Positions 38,884 through 49,100 of a DNA stretch of 64,000 nucleotides are shown here, in pieces; within the stretch, counting starts at the first letter, position 1, and the number at the start of each line of letters is the position of its first letter. The position numbers and the translations under genes are program-made. The stretch is from an uncultured delta proteobacterium (lineage in GTDB: Bacteria; Myxococcota; Myxococcia; Myxococcales; Myxococcaceae). Location of the stretch: positions 64,001-128,000 of the forward strand of contig CAWCKH010000006.1 of the NCBI GenBank assembly GCA_963796055.1. The letters run 5' to 3'. The notes beneath the pieces are model-generated. The model was not told the origin of the DNA, ran no database searches, and saw only the letters and a program-made list of their open reading frames with translations.

Positions 38884-38922
38884 GCCGCCGGCATGCTAAA
38901 GGACTCGCTGGAGAAGGCCCCC

Positions 38923-39921
38923 ATGCTTCCCACCCTCCTCGTCCTGGTCACCATCGCTCTCGTCGTCTGCCTCGCGCTCCTGATCTTCGGACGGAGCGTG
39001 CCCGCGGTCCGCACGCCCGCCCCCGCCGGGCCGGCGAGCGTCACGCCAGCGGCCCGGAGCGGGCCGGACCCCGACCTGGAGAAGAGGCGGCGCGAGGTGG
39101 AGGAGCTGAAGACCACCGTGACCGAGCTCCGCGGGGAGCTGAAGCAGACCCGGAAGAGGCTGCACGAGCAGCGCGCGTCGGAGAAGGACGGGGCCGACCT
39201 GGCCAAGGCCCGCGCGGATGTGGAGCGCAGCGCCTCCCAGCAGCTCGAAGTGGTGCGCGGCGAGCTGGCCACCGCGCTCGCCGAGGTGGGCCGTCTGAAG
39301 AGCGAGGCCGAGGCCTTCCGGACGCGCCGCCCGGCCCCCGCCCCGGCGCCCCACCCGGTGGCCCCGGCCCCGCCCCCGGCCGCCCCGCCCGCGCCCGAGG
39401 CCCGGCGCTTCCGCGAGCTGTCCGACACCGACCGCGAAAAGATGGAGCGGCTCGAGCATCTGGCCAATCGCGAGCGATCTCGGGCCCAGGAGCTCTCGGC
39501 GGAGGTGCGCCGGCTGAAGGGACGCACCGAGACGCAGGCAAGGGTCTACACCGTCATCAAGGGCGAGCTGGATCTGCTCAAGGACAAGTTCAAGGCGCTG
39601 GAGAAGCGGCTGAACCGGACCTTGCTGGAGCGCGACCTGCTCCGCCGCGCGATCCGGGATCTGGAGAAGAAGAGCGGGCTGGCCGCCGACCGGACCGAGC
39701 TCACGGTCGACGAGGTCGCGGCCTCGGACCGCTCGGTCGAGGAGCGCGCCGCGGCCGAGGCGGCGGAGATCGCCCGGCGCACCCATCCCCCTGAGCCCGC
39801 CGAGCGCACCGACACCACCGCCTCGCCCACCGCCGCCGTGGCCGGCGCCACGACGGGGGCGATCGAGAACGCGGCCGCCGCGGACGCCGGCGTCGCCCAG
39901 CACGTGGAGAAGGCCGGCTGA
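38923..39921 (+). CDS. Membrane-anchored coiled-coil protein
   Basis: N-terminal TM (MLPTLLVLVTIAL...) and two heptad-rich segments separated by a Pro-rich linker. Confidence 0.7.
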   Translation: MLPTLLVLVTIALVVCLALLIFGRSVPAVRTPAPAGPASVTPAARSGPDPDLEKRRREVEELKTTVTELRGELKQTRKRLHEQRASEKDGADLAKARADVERSASQQLEVVRGELATALAEVGRLKSEAEAFRTRRPAPAPAPHPVAPAPPPAAPPAPEARRFRELSDTDREKMERLEHLANRERSRAQELSAEVRRLKGRTETQARVYTVIKGELDLLKDKFKALEKRLNRTLLERDLLRRAIRDLEKKSGLAADRTELTVDEVAASDRSVEERAAAEAAEIARRTHPPEPAERTDTTASPTAAVAGATTGAIENAAAADAGVAQHVEKAG

Positions 39922-39953
39922 CCACCACTCCCACTCCGGGCCGGCCGCCCAGG

Positions 39954-41504
39954 GTGTCGCTGGCCACGCGGATCTTCCTCGGCCACGCGGTGGTGCTGGT
40001 CACCTTCGGCCTGCTGATCCTGTTCAGCGTCAGCGAGCTTCACCGCAACCAGCAGGAGATCCGCCTGGTGAGTCAGGGGTACCTCCCGCTCGCCCAGGAC
40101 GCCGCCGCACTCGACTCGTTCCAGCGCAACCAGGCCCAGGAGGCAGCGCAGATTAGCGCCGAGGCCGACCCGCAGACCCGGGCGGCGCTGGCCCGGCTGG
40201 CGCCCCTGACCTACCCGCCGCTGCTGCGCGCCCGGCTGAGCTCGCTCGAGGCGACGCTCGCCACGCTCAAGGTCACCGCACCCGCCTCCGAGCGGGTCTT
40301 CCTCGACTCGGTCCAGACCCGGGTGGAGCACGTGGCCCGCGACCTGGAGGTGGTGGAGCGCACCACCGCCAGCAGCTGGGCAGAGGCTCCCCCGCCGGAC
40401 GCGGCGCGGACCCTGGCCACCGCCCAGGAGTCCCTGTCCCGCGAGCTCCGGGCGCTCCGGGCAGCGCTCGACACTCGCACCCGCGCGGTGGTGGAAGAGG
40501 CCGAGCGGCGGGACCGACGCCGAGGGGTGCTGCTCATCGGACTGTCGGTGGCGGCGATCGCCGTGGGGCTCCTCGCCACCGCCCTCTCCGCACGGAGCCT
40601 CCGGCCCGTGCGGGCGCTCATCGCCGGCGTGGGGCGCATCCGCCGGGGCGACTACACCGCGCAGCTGAACATCCCCGGGGACGACGAGATCTCCCAGCTC
40701 GGCAGGGAGTTCGATGCCATGACCCGGGCGCTCGAGGAGCGCGAGCAGGCCCTGGCCCGACAGCAGCAGGCGCTGCTGCGGGCCGAGCGGCTGGCAGCGG
40801 TGGGACGGGTCTCGGCGCAGGTGGCCCACGAGGTCAGAAACCCGCTCAGCTCCATCGGTCTCAACGTGGAGATGCTGCAGGACGCGCTGGGGCACGCCCG
40901 GTTCGCGACGCCCGCGGGGGCGGACGAGGTGCGCACCTTGCTCCAGGCCGTCATCCGGGAGGTGGATCGCCTCACCGAGACGACCGAGCGCTACCTGCGC
41001 ATGGCCCGCTCCCCCGCCCCGGCGCTCGCCGCCGAGGACGTGAACGGCATCGTCGACGCGGTGCTGGACTTCGCCGCCGGCGAGCTGGGCCGGGCGGGAA
41101 TCCGGGTCGAGCGCCAGCTGGACTCGACCCTTCCCCGGGCGCTGGTGGACGAGGGGCAGCTGCGGCAGGTGCTCTTGAACCTGGTCCGCAACGCCCGCGA
41201 GGCGATGGAGGGCGGGGGCACCTTGCGGCTCTCCACCTCGGCCGAGGATGGCGTGGTGCACGTGCGCGTCGAGGACAGCGGGCACGGCATTCCCGAGGAG
41301 GCCCGGGCGCATCTGTTCGACCCGCTCTTCACCACCAAGCGCCACGGGACGGGGCTGGGGCTGGCCCTCAGCCGGCAGATCCTCGAGGCCCACGGGGGGG
41401 CGCTGCGCTGCGAGCGCACCGGCCCGTCCGGCACCGTCTTCCACCTCCGGGTTCCGGTCGCCACACGGCCGTCGGTCGGGGAGCAGCCGGCCGCCCACGG
41501 CTGA
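39954..41504 (+). CDS. HAMP-domain sensor histidine kinase
   Basis: Two TMs, HAMP (DDEISQLGREFDAM), H-box AHEVRNPL, N-box NLVRNA, DSGHG, PLFTTK and GTGLGL. Confidence 0.93.
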   Translation: MSLATRIFLGHAVVLVTFGLLILFSVSELHRNQQEIRLVSQGYLPLAQDAAALDSFQRNQAQEAAQISAEADPQTRAALARLAPLTYPPLLRARLSSLEATLATLKVTAPASERVFLDSVQTRVEHVARDLEVVERTTASSWAEAPPPDAARTLATAQESLSRELRALRAALDTRTRAVVEEAERRDRRRGVLLIGLSVAAIAVGLLATALSARSLRPVRALIAGVGRIRRGDYTAQLNIPGDDEISQLGREFDAMTRALEEREQALARQQQALLRAERLAAVGRVSAQVAHEVRNPLSSIGLNVEMLQDALGHARFATPAGADEVRTLLQAVIREVDRLTETTERYLRMARSPAPALAAEDVNGIVDAVLDFAAGELGRAGIRVERQLDSTLPRALVDEGQLRQVLLNLVRNAREAMEGGGTLRLSTSAEDGVVHVRVEDSGHGIPEEARAHLFDPLFTTKRHGTGLGLALSRQILEAHGGALRCERTGPSGTVFHLRVPVATRPSVGEQPAAHG

Positions 41505-41570
41505 ACGAGCAGGCGCCCGTGAAGCGGGCGAGCGCGCCGCGGCGTTGCTACGCTCCCGGGCCGCCGCCCG

Positions 41571-41912
41571 ATGGATTCCTTCGTCCGCCGCCTCGTGGAA
41601 CGGCTCCTCGAGCCCTCGCTGCCGCTGTCGCGGAACCGGCACTTCCACACCTTCGAGACGCCCGAGGGGCGCCGGGCGCTCACCCTGGCCCGGCGGCTCC
41701 GGGGGCTCGCCCGCGACGTCCGCCGCTGCCTGGACCGCGGCACCCCTCCGGAGGTCCGGGCCGACGGCCCCGGCGGCGACCGGCGCGTCGAGCTGCGATT
41801 CACGGACCTGGCGGGGCGCCGGACGGCGTACCTCACCGAGGACGAGTACGCGCTGCTCCTCCGCGTGCCGGGCATGGTCGAGGCGCTCGGACGCGAGCGG
41901 CACCCGGTCTGA
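41571..41912 (+). CDS. Hypothetical protein
   Basis: Compact ORF MDSFVRRLVERL..PLSRNRHFHTF..RTAYL with coding-like codon usage. Confidence 0.65.
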   Translation: MDSFVRRLVERLLEPSLPLSRNRHFHTFETPEGRRALTLARRLRGLARDVRRCLDRGTPPEVRADGPGGDRRVELRFTDLAGRRTAYLTEDEYALLLRVPGMVEALGRERHPV

Positions 41913-41954
41913 GGGAAGGGCGATCCCCCAGGGCCGGCTGCCCCCGGACCTCGC

Positions 41955-42032
41955 CTGCGGCCGCCTGGACCGCGCCGACTGCCGCTCGCCAGACGACACC
42001 CTCACCCGAACCTCGTCTGCGGCCGCCCTGAC
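41955..42032 (-). repeat. Degenerate inverted single copy of the 83-bp array unit
   Basis: Reverse complement GTCAGGGCGGCCGCAGACGAGGTTCGGGTGAGGGTGTCGTCTGGCGAGCGGCAGTCGGCGCGGTCCAGGCGGCCGCAG aligns block-by-block to the unit. Confidence 0.8.
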
Positions 42033-43461
42033 CTAACCGGTGAGTCCTGCAAAGGCGAGGAGCACCGCCCGCAGCGCCTCGCGCGCGCCGGAGTAGGCCG
42101 ACGCTCCTCTCCGGGCGAGCTCGTCGGGGCACGTCTCGCCGAGCACGGCGAGCGGGCGCGTGCTGCTCGTCGGCGACGAAGCGTGCCAGGGCGAGCATGG
42201 CCGGAGACAGCTCGGTGACCACCAGGCCGGCAGCCTCGGCGGTGAACGGACGCCACAGCGGGCGGCCCAGCTCGCCGGCGGGAACGATGCAGAAGTGGAG
42301 CAGGAGCCCCTCGGCCACCTCGAGCTCGGCCACCGTCCCCAGCGCCTGGACCGGCGCCCCCTCGGGCGCGAGCAGGGGGAGCCCGGCCAGCGCCTCCCGG
42401 GCCGCCGAGGCATCGGCTGCGGCGAGCAGGACCTTCACCACCTGGCGCCGGGATGCTCCCCGCCCGCGCTGCGCACGCGCCCGGACGGCGTGGGCCTCGG
42501 CGGCCGAGAGGAGCGGCTCGGGCGCCGGAGGTGCGTCGACGTCCACCGGAACGACCAGCCCCTCGCCGTGGAGCATCGCCAGGCTCTGGAGCACAGCCAG
42601 GTCTGGGGCCTCGAGGACATCCAGCAGCTCGAGCGCGCTCCGGGGCACCTCGAGCCGCGCCAGCACCTCGCGGGCGAGTGGCGGCACGGCGCGCAGGGCG
42701 GCGCCGGAGGTCTGGACCCACCGTGCGGACGGCGGCGGGAGCGCATCCAGCAGCCGCCGGCACTCGTCCATCTGCCGCGCGGCCTCCAGCAGGAGCTCGT
42801 CGGTGCCCCGCGCGATGGGCGCCTCCGCTGCCGCCGGTCCCGGCTGGAAGGAGAAGGTCCCTTCCGTCCAGTGGAGCATCCGGAACAGGGCCTTCTCCCC
42901 CTGCGCCCCGCCGGTGCGCGCGTCGACCGGACGGCCCTCCACCAGCTCCACCTCGCCGCGCTCGGCCCCGCGGCGCAGGGTCACCCGCCCCGTGCGCCGG
43001 GCCGGACCGAGCGTCTGGAGCAGGTCCGGCAGGGCGAGCTGGGCCAGCGCCCCTTCGATCTCCTGGGACTCGGCCGCCTCGTTCCGCGCTCGCTCGGCAC
43101 GCGCCAGGAGATCGTCGATGTGGGCGAGGACCTCGTCCAGCTTGTACGGCTTTCGCAGCAGTGCGCCCGGGCCATCCCGCATCGCCTCGTCCGCTTGCTC
43201 GGCGCTGGCGGTCACCACGACCGGGATGGTGTCAGTCCGGGGGTTGGTGCGGAGGATGTCCACGAACGTCCGGGCGTCGAGGACCGGGCAGCTGCGGTCG
43301 AAGAGCACCAGATCCGGATGGCGGAGCACCGCCAGCTCCAGCGCCCGCGCCCCATCGCGGGCCGAATAGACCTGGCATCCCTTCTGGCGGAGCGCTCGGG
43401 TGAGCGCGCGGACCGAGGCCAGGTCGGGGTCGGCGAGGAGCACCTTTCGGACGGAGGTCAT
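42033..43461 (-). CDS. Receiver + DUF4388 (PatA-N-like) protein with degenerate small-GTPase-like C-terminus; +1 frameshift at ~42155
   Basis: REC motifs VLLAD, PDLVLFD and LRKPY. DUF4388 motifs IEGALAQLALPDLLQ, RRTG and WTEGTFSF. Removing one base in GGG 42154..42156 gives HAPLAVLG...GLTG*. Confidence 0.8.
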
Positions 43462-43471
43462 GGCCCGCGGG

Positions 43472-45280
43472 TCAGTACGGTTGCAGGTCGTACGTGGTCT
43501 GGAGCTTGGAGACGAGCCCGTCCACCAGCGCCGCGTCCGACGAGTGGAAGGCCCACGTCGCGCCTCGGCCCCGCCGCTGGAGCAGCGCGTACGCCCCGGG
43601 CCCGTGCAGCCAGAGCACGAACTGATGCCGGAGCAACCGCTCGTCGCCACCCAGCACCAGCGGGGTCAGCCCTGGCCTGGGCGTCACCTCGGCCCGCCGG
43701 GCCAATAAGTAAACCCGTGGGATGAAGTCCTGGGGGGCGCGCTCGAGCGTGCGCACCAGCGGCAGGCCATCTCCGGCCTCGGCCCCGCCGAGGTAGACCA
43801 GGCTCCGGACGGAGGGATCGCGGAGCAGCGTCCGGCCGATCTCCGCCTGGACCTCCTCGAACAGCTCCTCGGGAATGCGCCCCCGCCGGGAGGGGTCCGC
43901 CCCCTCCTCCGCCGGGAGCCGTGGGCCGTCGGGCGAGCCGAGCAGCAGCTCCACCGCCTCCCAGAACCCGACCGGGTCCAGCACCAGCCGCCGGTAGAGC
44001 GAGGCGCGTCGCTGCTCCAGCCGCGCCCGGCAGGCCTCGGTGAGAAAGTCCAGGTCCTCGCCGTCGCGGGGAAAGCTCGCCGCGCCACCGGTGAGCTGCA
44101 GCGCCGCAGCACCCTCCACGGCCCGCAGCTCCGGCGCCTCGCGCGCCGCGGCCAGAGCCCGGCGGAGGAACACCTGCGCTCCGAAGGCGTCCGTCTCCGG
44201 CAACAACAACAGGAACTCCTGCTCGGCCACCTTGGCCAGCACGTCCGACTCGCGCAGCACCCGGCCGAGAGCCCGGGTGGTGGCCCGCACCGCCGCCCGG
44301 GCCTGCTCGGTACCGGCCCGGGCGCGCAGGTGTGGCAGGCCATCGAGCGCGAAGCTGAGGAGCGAGAAGCACCGCCCGTACCGCCGGGCCTTGTCCACCT
44401 CTTTGGTTGCAACGTCGGTGAAGTAGGCGAGGTTGTATGCGGACGAATCCGGGTCCCGGAGCGCCAGGCGCTGCAGCGCCCGGAAGCGCCGCGCCGAGAG
44501 CAGGGCTGCGGCACCCACCCCGGCCAGCGCGGCGGTCGCCTCGGCAGTCTCGGGCAAGAAGCCCCCGGGCGCATCCGACAGCTGGACCAGCGCCAGCCCC
44601 TCGCCGCGCGCGGCGAGCGGCACCCAGAGCCCGGGCCCGTCCACCGCCCAGGGCCGGCCAGCCGACAGCAGCGCCCGGGCGTGCTGGTCCGGGGCGAGGA
44701 GCTCGGCGTAGGCCTCGCGCTGCAGACGCCCCGCGGTGGCGCGGAGGACCAGGCGCCCGGCGTCGTCCGCCAGCCACAGCGCCCCCGAGCCGGCGCCGGC
44801 CGCACGGACCAGCTCGCCCAGGAGGAGCTCGTGGAACCCCTCGGCATCGGGGTCCCTGAGGAGCGCCGCCGCCCGCCGGTGCAGCTCCGCCTCCTGCCGG
44901 GCTCTGGCGCCCTCGGCGCGGGCGGCGTCGCGCTGGCGGCGCAGGTTCACCCAGGGTACCGCCCGCTCCACTGCCGCGAGCAGCGCACCACTGTCGGCGG
45001 ACGGGGCCCACTCGAAGGGGGCGGACACCACCGGCACATCGGGGCAGACGCCCCGGAAGGACTCCAGGGCGGAGGAGGTGTCCGGCACGCAGATGACCAG
45101 CACCTCCGGCGACCCCGCCCTGCGCTCGAGCTCCTCCGGCGACCCCGCCCACTCCACCGCGTGGCCCGCCTCGGCCAGGCGCGCGGAGAGCCAGGAGCGC
45201 ACCTGCGCCCGGGCGTCCACCACCCACAGCTGCAGCGGGACGGGCGCGGCGGGCCGCCGGATGTCGGGCGCGGTGGTCAG
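43472..45280 (-). CDS. Degenerate receiver-GAF-GGDEF protein
   Basis: REC-like N-terminus and GAF-like middle, then RDPDSSAYN..YF...EV.KARRYGR.FSL and LRESDVLAKVAEQEFLLLLPET. The start codon is uncertain. Confidence 0.78.
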   Translation of the reverse strand: MTTAPDIRRPAAPVPLQLWVVDARAQVRSWLSARLAEAGHAVEWAGSPEELERRAGSPEVLVICVPDTSSALESFRGVCPDVPVVSAPFEWAPSADSGALLAAVERAVPWVNLRRQRDAARAEGARARQEAELHRRAAALLRDPDAEGFHELLLGELVRAAGAGSGALWLADDAGRLVLRATAGRLQREAYAELLAPDQHARALLSAGRPWAVDGPGLWVPLAARGEGLALVQLSDAPGGFLPETAEATAALAGVGAAALLSARRFRALQRLALRDPDSSAYNLAYFTDVATKEVDKARRYGRCFSLLSFALDGLPHLRARAGTEQARAAVRATTRALGRVLRESDVLAKVAEQEFLLLLPETDAFGAQVFLRRALAAAREAPELRAVEGAAALQLTGGAASFPRDGEDLDFLTEACRARLEQRRASLYRRLVLDPVGFWEAVELLLGSPDGPRLPAEEGADPSRRGRIPEELFEEVQAEIGRTLLRDPSVRSLVYLGGAEAGDGLPLVRTLERAPQDFIPRVYLLARRAEVTPRPGLTPLVLGGDERLLRHQFVLWLHGPGAYALLQRRGRGATWAFHSSDAALVDGLVSKLQTTYDLQPY

Positions 45281-46125
45281 TCGAGCAGCGCCTCCGGCAG
45301 CTCGGCACGGAACACGAAGCGCGCGGGGCCGCGAAGGGTGATGCGCTGCAGATCCCGGGACACCCGCACCGCCAGCCGGCCCCCCGGGAGGTCCACCGGC
45401 ACGAAGGCCTCGGAGGGAACCCAGCCGGCCAGCACCGCCGCCGCGACCGAGGCGGCGGCGCCCGTCCCGCAGGCGTCGGTCAGGCCGGAGCCGCGCTCCC
45501 ACACCGTGACCCGGAGGCCCTCACCGGCCTGGCCCACCGCCTCGACGTTGGTGCGCTCGGGAAACCCCGGCAGATGCTCGAGCCGTGGTCCGTGCGTGTG
45601 CACCACCTCCGGAGGTGCCCCCAGCAAGACCAGATGGGGGTTGCCCATGCTGACCGCGGTGCCCGGCCAGTCCACGCCGGGGACCGGCGCGGAGACGAAC
45701 GGGCCGCCCCCGGGACCGGGCGGCAGGTGGGACGCCTGCAGGCGAGCCGGGCCGAGCTCGATCTCCACCTCCACCACCTCGCCCCCCGCCCGGCGCACGC
45801 GGGCCGGGAGCACTCCGGCGCCGGTCTCCACCTCCAGCGCCTCCCTGCCGGGCTCCCGGTCCAGCAGGTGCTTGACCACGCAGCGCAGCCCGTTCCCGCA
45901 CATCTCCGCCAGGCTCCCGTCGGCGTTGTGCACCACCATCCGCACCGCCGCGCGCGCCGAGGGCAGGAGCACCAGGACGCCGTCGGCGCCCACGCCGCGC
46001 CGCCGGTCGCACAGGGCGCGGGACGCTGCCGGGGAGACGTCCAGCCCCGATGCGCGGCGGTCGAGCACCACGAAGTCGTTGCCGAGCCCCTCGTACTTGA
46101 ATCCCCACTCCACCCCGCCGCTCAC
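45277..46125 (-). CDS. dapF: Diaminopimelate epimerase
   Basis: Motifs KYEGLGNDF, GVGADG, NADGS.AEMCGNG, SMGNPH and WERG.G.TDACGTGA. Confidence 0.95.
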   Translation of the reverse strand: MSGGVEWGFKYEGLGNDFVVLDRRASGLDVSPAASRALCDRRRGVGADGVLVLLPSARAAVRMVVHNADGSLAEMCGNGLRCVVKHLLDREPGREALEVETGAGVLPARVRRAGGEVVEVEIELGPARLQASHLPPGPGGGPFVSAPVPGVDWPGTAVSMGNPHLVLLGAPPEVVHTHGPRLEHLPGFPERTNVEAVGQAGEGLRVTVWERGSGLTDACGTGAAASVAAAVLAGWVPSEAFVPVDLPGGRLAVRVSRDLQRITLRGPARFVFRAELPEALLD

Positions 46126-49100
46126 GACTCACCCTCGCCCGGTCGCCGCGGGGGGGCACGGGACGCCGCCGCGCGACGGAACGCCAGCAGCTCTCCCTCC
46201 TGCGCCGCCAGACGCCGCTGCAGCTGATCCACCCGCGCCGAGAGCTCCTGCACCTGCGCCCGGGCGGCCTCCACCTCCGCACGGGCCTCCTCCCGCTCGT
46301 GCGCGCGCTCGTCCGCGAGCGCGTCCCGGGCGGCCACGGCGTCGGCCAGCATCTGCTGAAGGGCACCGGGAGCGCCGCCCGAAACCCGCGCGGACTCCAG
46401 CGCCTCGGTGAGCGCCTGCTCGTGCGCAGCGGCTTGCTCGGCCTGGGCGGCGAGCGCGTCGCGCTCGAACTGCGCCGAGGCCAGCTCGTCGCCGAGCTTC
46501 CCCAGCTGCTCCTCCAGCTCCGCCACCCGCCCCTCGGCGTACTCCTTCTCCTCGTCGCGGACCCGCGCCCGGGCACGCTCCTGGGCGAGCTCCACTTGCA
46601 GCTGCTCCCGGGCGATCTTCGCCGCGCGGGCCTGGTCCTCCCCGCTGCTCTGCCCGGCCTCCAGGGCCGCCAGCCGGTTCGTCGTCTCCTGGCTGGAGAC
46701 CTCCAGTGCGGCGAGCCGCTCCAGCGCGGCATCGCGCTCGCTGGCCACCACGTCGCACTCGGCCCGGAGCGGCCCGAGCTCCCCCTCCGCTGCCTGCGCC
46801 CGCTGCTCGGCCGCTTCGAGCGCCGCCCGGGCCTGGTCCGCGCCGGCCAGCGCCGCTTCCAGCGCGTCCACCCGGACCCGGGCGTCCTCCAGCGCGCTTC
46901 CGAACGCCTCCGCCCGGGCGTGGGCCGCGGCCTGCTGGGCCCGGAGGCCGGCCAGCTCCTCGAGGGCGGGCTCGGCCCGGGCGAGCGCCTCCGAACGCTC
47001 CGCCAGCGCGCCGGCGGTGTGCTGCAGCTCCACCTCGAGCGCCGCCACCCGTGCCTCGAAGCCGGTCGCGGTCGCGCTGACCGTCCCCCGGGCCTCCTCC
47101 AGCGCCCGGGAGAGGGTCGCCCGCTCCTCGTCGGCCTCCGCCAGCCGCTGCTCCAGCGAGGCGAGGTGGGCCTCCAGGCCCGCCGCCTCGGCGGACGCGA
47201 CGCGGGCGGACTCCTGCGCCCCGTCGCGCTCGGCCAGGAGCCTCGCCTCGGCACCCTCGAGCGCAGCGAGCCGCTCGCGCGCCCCCGCCAGCTCGGACTC
47301 GGTCTCGGCGAGGGCCCCCCCACGGCTCCGGGCCTCATCCCCGAGCCTCGCCGCCTCGGCCTGCAGCTCGGCCAGCCGCGCCTGGAGCGCCGTGTGCGCC
47401 TCGTGCAGCTCGGCGCGGCCCCGGAGCTGCTCCTCGAGCTCGGTCCGCGCTGCCTCGGAGTCGGCCAGGCGCGCCTCGAGGGACGCCCGGGCGTCCTGGA
47501 GCGCGTCGAGCTCGGCCTGCTGCCTGGCCACGGCCGCTGCCTCGGCCTCGGCACGCGCCTGGAGCGACTGCAGCTGGCCGTCGAGGTCCTCGGTCCGGCG
47601 AATCTGGAGCTCGAGCGCGGCGATGGTCCGCGCGTGCCCCTCCGCCCGCCCGGCCTGGGTCCGCGCGTCCTCCTCGGCGCGCTCGGCCCGGGCCACCGCG
47701 TCACGGGCGAACACCGCGGTGCTCGAGGCCCGCTCCTCCACCCGGGCCAGCATCGCCCTGGCCTCGGTCAGCTCGGCGCCGAGCGAGCCCACGTCCCGCT
47801 CCCGCTCGGCACGGGCGCTCTCCGCGGCGGCCAGAGCCTGCTCCAGCGCCTGCCGGGCGATGGCCAGCTCCTGGGTGATGGCCGCGTCCTCGGGAGCCTG
47901 GAAGTTGGCCTGGGCGAGCGCGGCCTCGGCGGTCGCCAGCCGCTCCTCGAGGGCGGCGGCCATCGCCCGCGCCGAGGCCTCCTGCCTCTCCAGCACCGCC
48001 AGCCGATCGGCGAGCCGCTCCCGCTCCCCGGTCGCGGCGAGCAGCTCGGTCCGGAGCGCCTCCACCTCTTCCGGCGAGGGCCCGGACGGCACCGCGGCGC
48101 GGGCCTGCGCGAGCTCCTCCTCGAACCGCTGGCGGTCGGCCTCGGCCGCGCGCTGCTCCCGGGCGCGCTCCGCCTCGAACCAGCCGGTGCGCTGCTCCAG
48201 GGCCTCGGCCCGGCTCCTCGCCTGGGCGAGCTCGCTCTGGCTTCCCTCCAGCGCGGTGAGGACCAGCGAGTGCTGCTCGGCCAGCCGCAGCTCCCGCTCA
48301 CGGGCCTGGGCCAGTCTCTCGTCCAGCGCGGCCAGCTCCGAGCCGCGCGCCTCGAGCGTGAGCCGGCCCCGCTCGGTGTCGGTCCGGGTGCGGGTGAGCT
48401 CCTCGCGCACGCCCCGGAGCTCGTCGTAGGCCGCGGTCAGCTTGATCCGGGCGTCGTCCAGCTGCCGCTGCAGCTCCTCGCGGCGGGCGCGCTCCAGACG
48501 CACCGACTCCTGGGCCGCCAGCACCTCCGCCTGCTGCTGGCGCTCCTGGACCCGCGCCGCCTCCGACTCGGCGGCCCGCGCCGCCAGCCGGCGCTCGGCC
48601 TCGGCAGCCCGCTCGCCGGCCAGCTGCAGCTCGGACTCGAGGCGGCGGATCCGCGCCGCGAGCTCGTCCTGCACCACCGGGTGGAGCGCGGCCGAGCCCC
48701 GGACCTCTGCCTCGGCCTGGGCCCGGGCCGCCTCCTCGCGGGCGCGCTCCAGCGCGCCCTGGGTGGCCTCGAGATCTCCCTTGGCCTGGGCGAGCTCCTC
48801 GCGCGCCTCGCCGAGGGCGGTCTTCAGCCGGCGGGCCCGAACCTCCCACTCGCGGGCACGGGTGGAGGCCTCGTCCAGCCGCCCGCCGGTGAAGGCCAGC
48901 GGCGCCGGAGGCAGCTGCACCCAGGTGGGTTCCACCGCACGCAGCCGCTCGCGGCTCGCCAGCACCACGAAGTACGCCGCCTCGCCCGCGCCGGCGAGGG
49001 AACCGTCGACCTGCAGCCCCTCACTCCGCTCGAAGGCCAGCTGGTAGCCGAGCAGCGGGCTCTGCGTGGCGGTCTCGACGTGGGGAAAGTGGGCGGCCAT

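Noticed and set aside
37338..38922. ORFs reading into or out of the array (37338..37820 and the 5' part of 38398..39921)
   Set aside because: The 83-bp period shifts frame with each unit and stops occur. The real genes are 37204..37617, 38440..38883 and 38923..39921.
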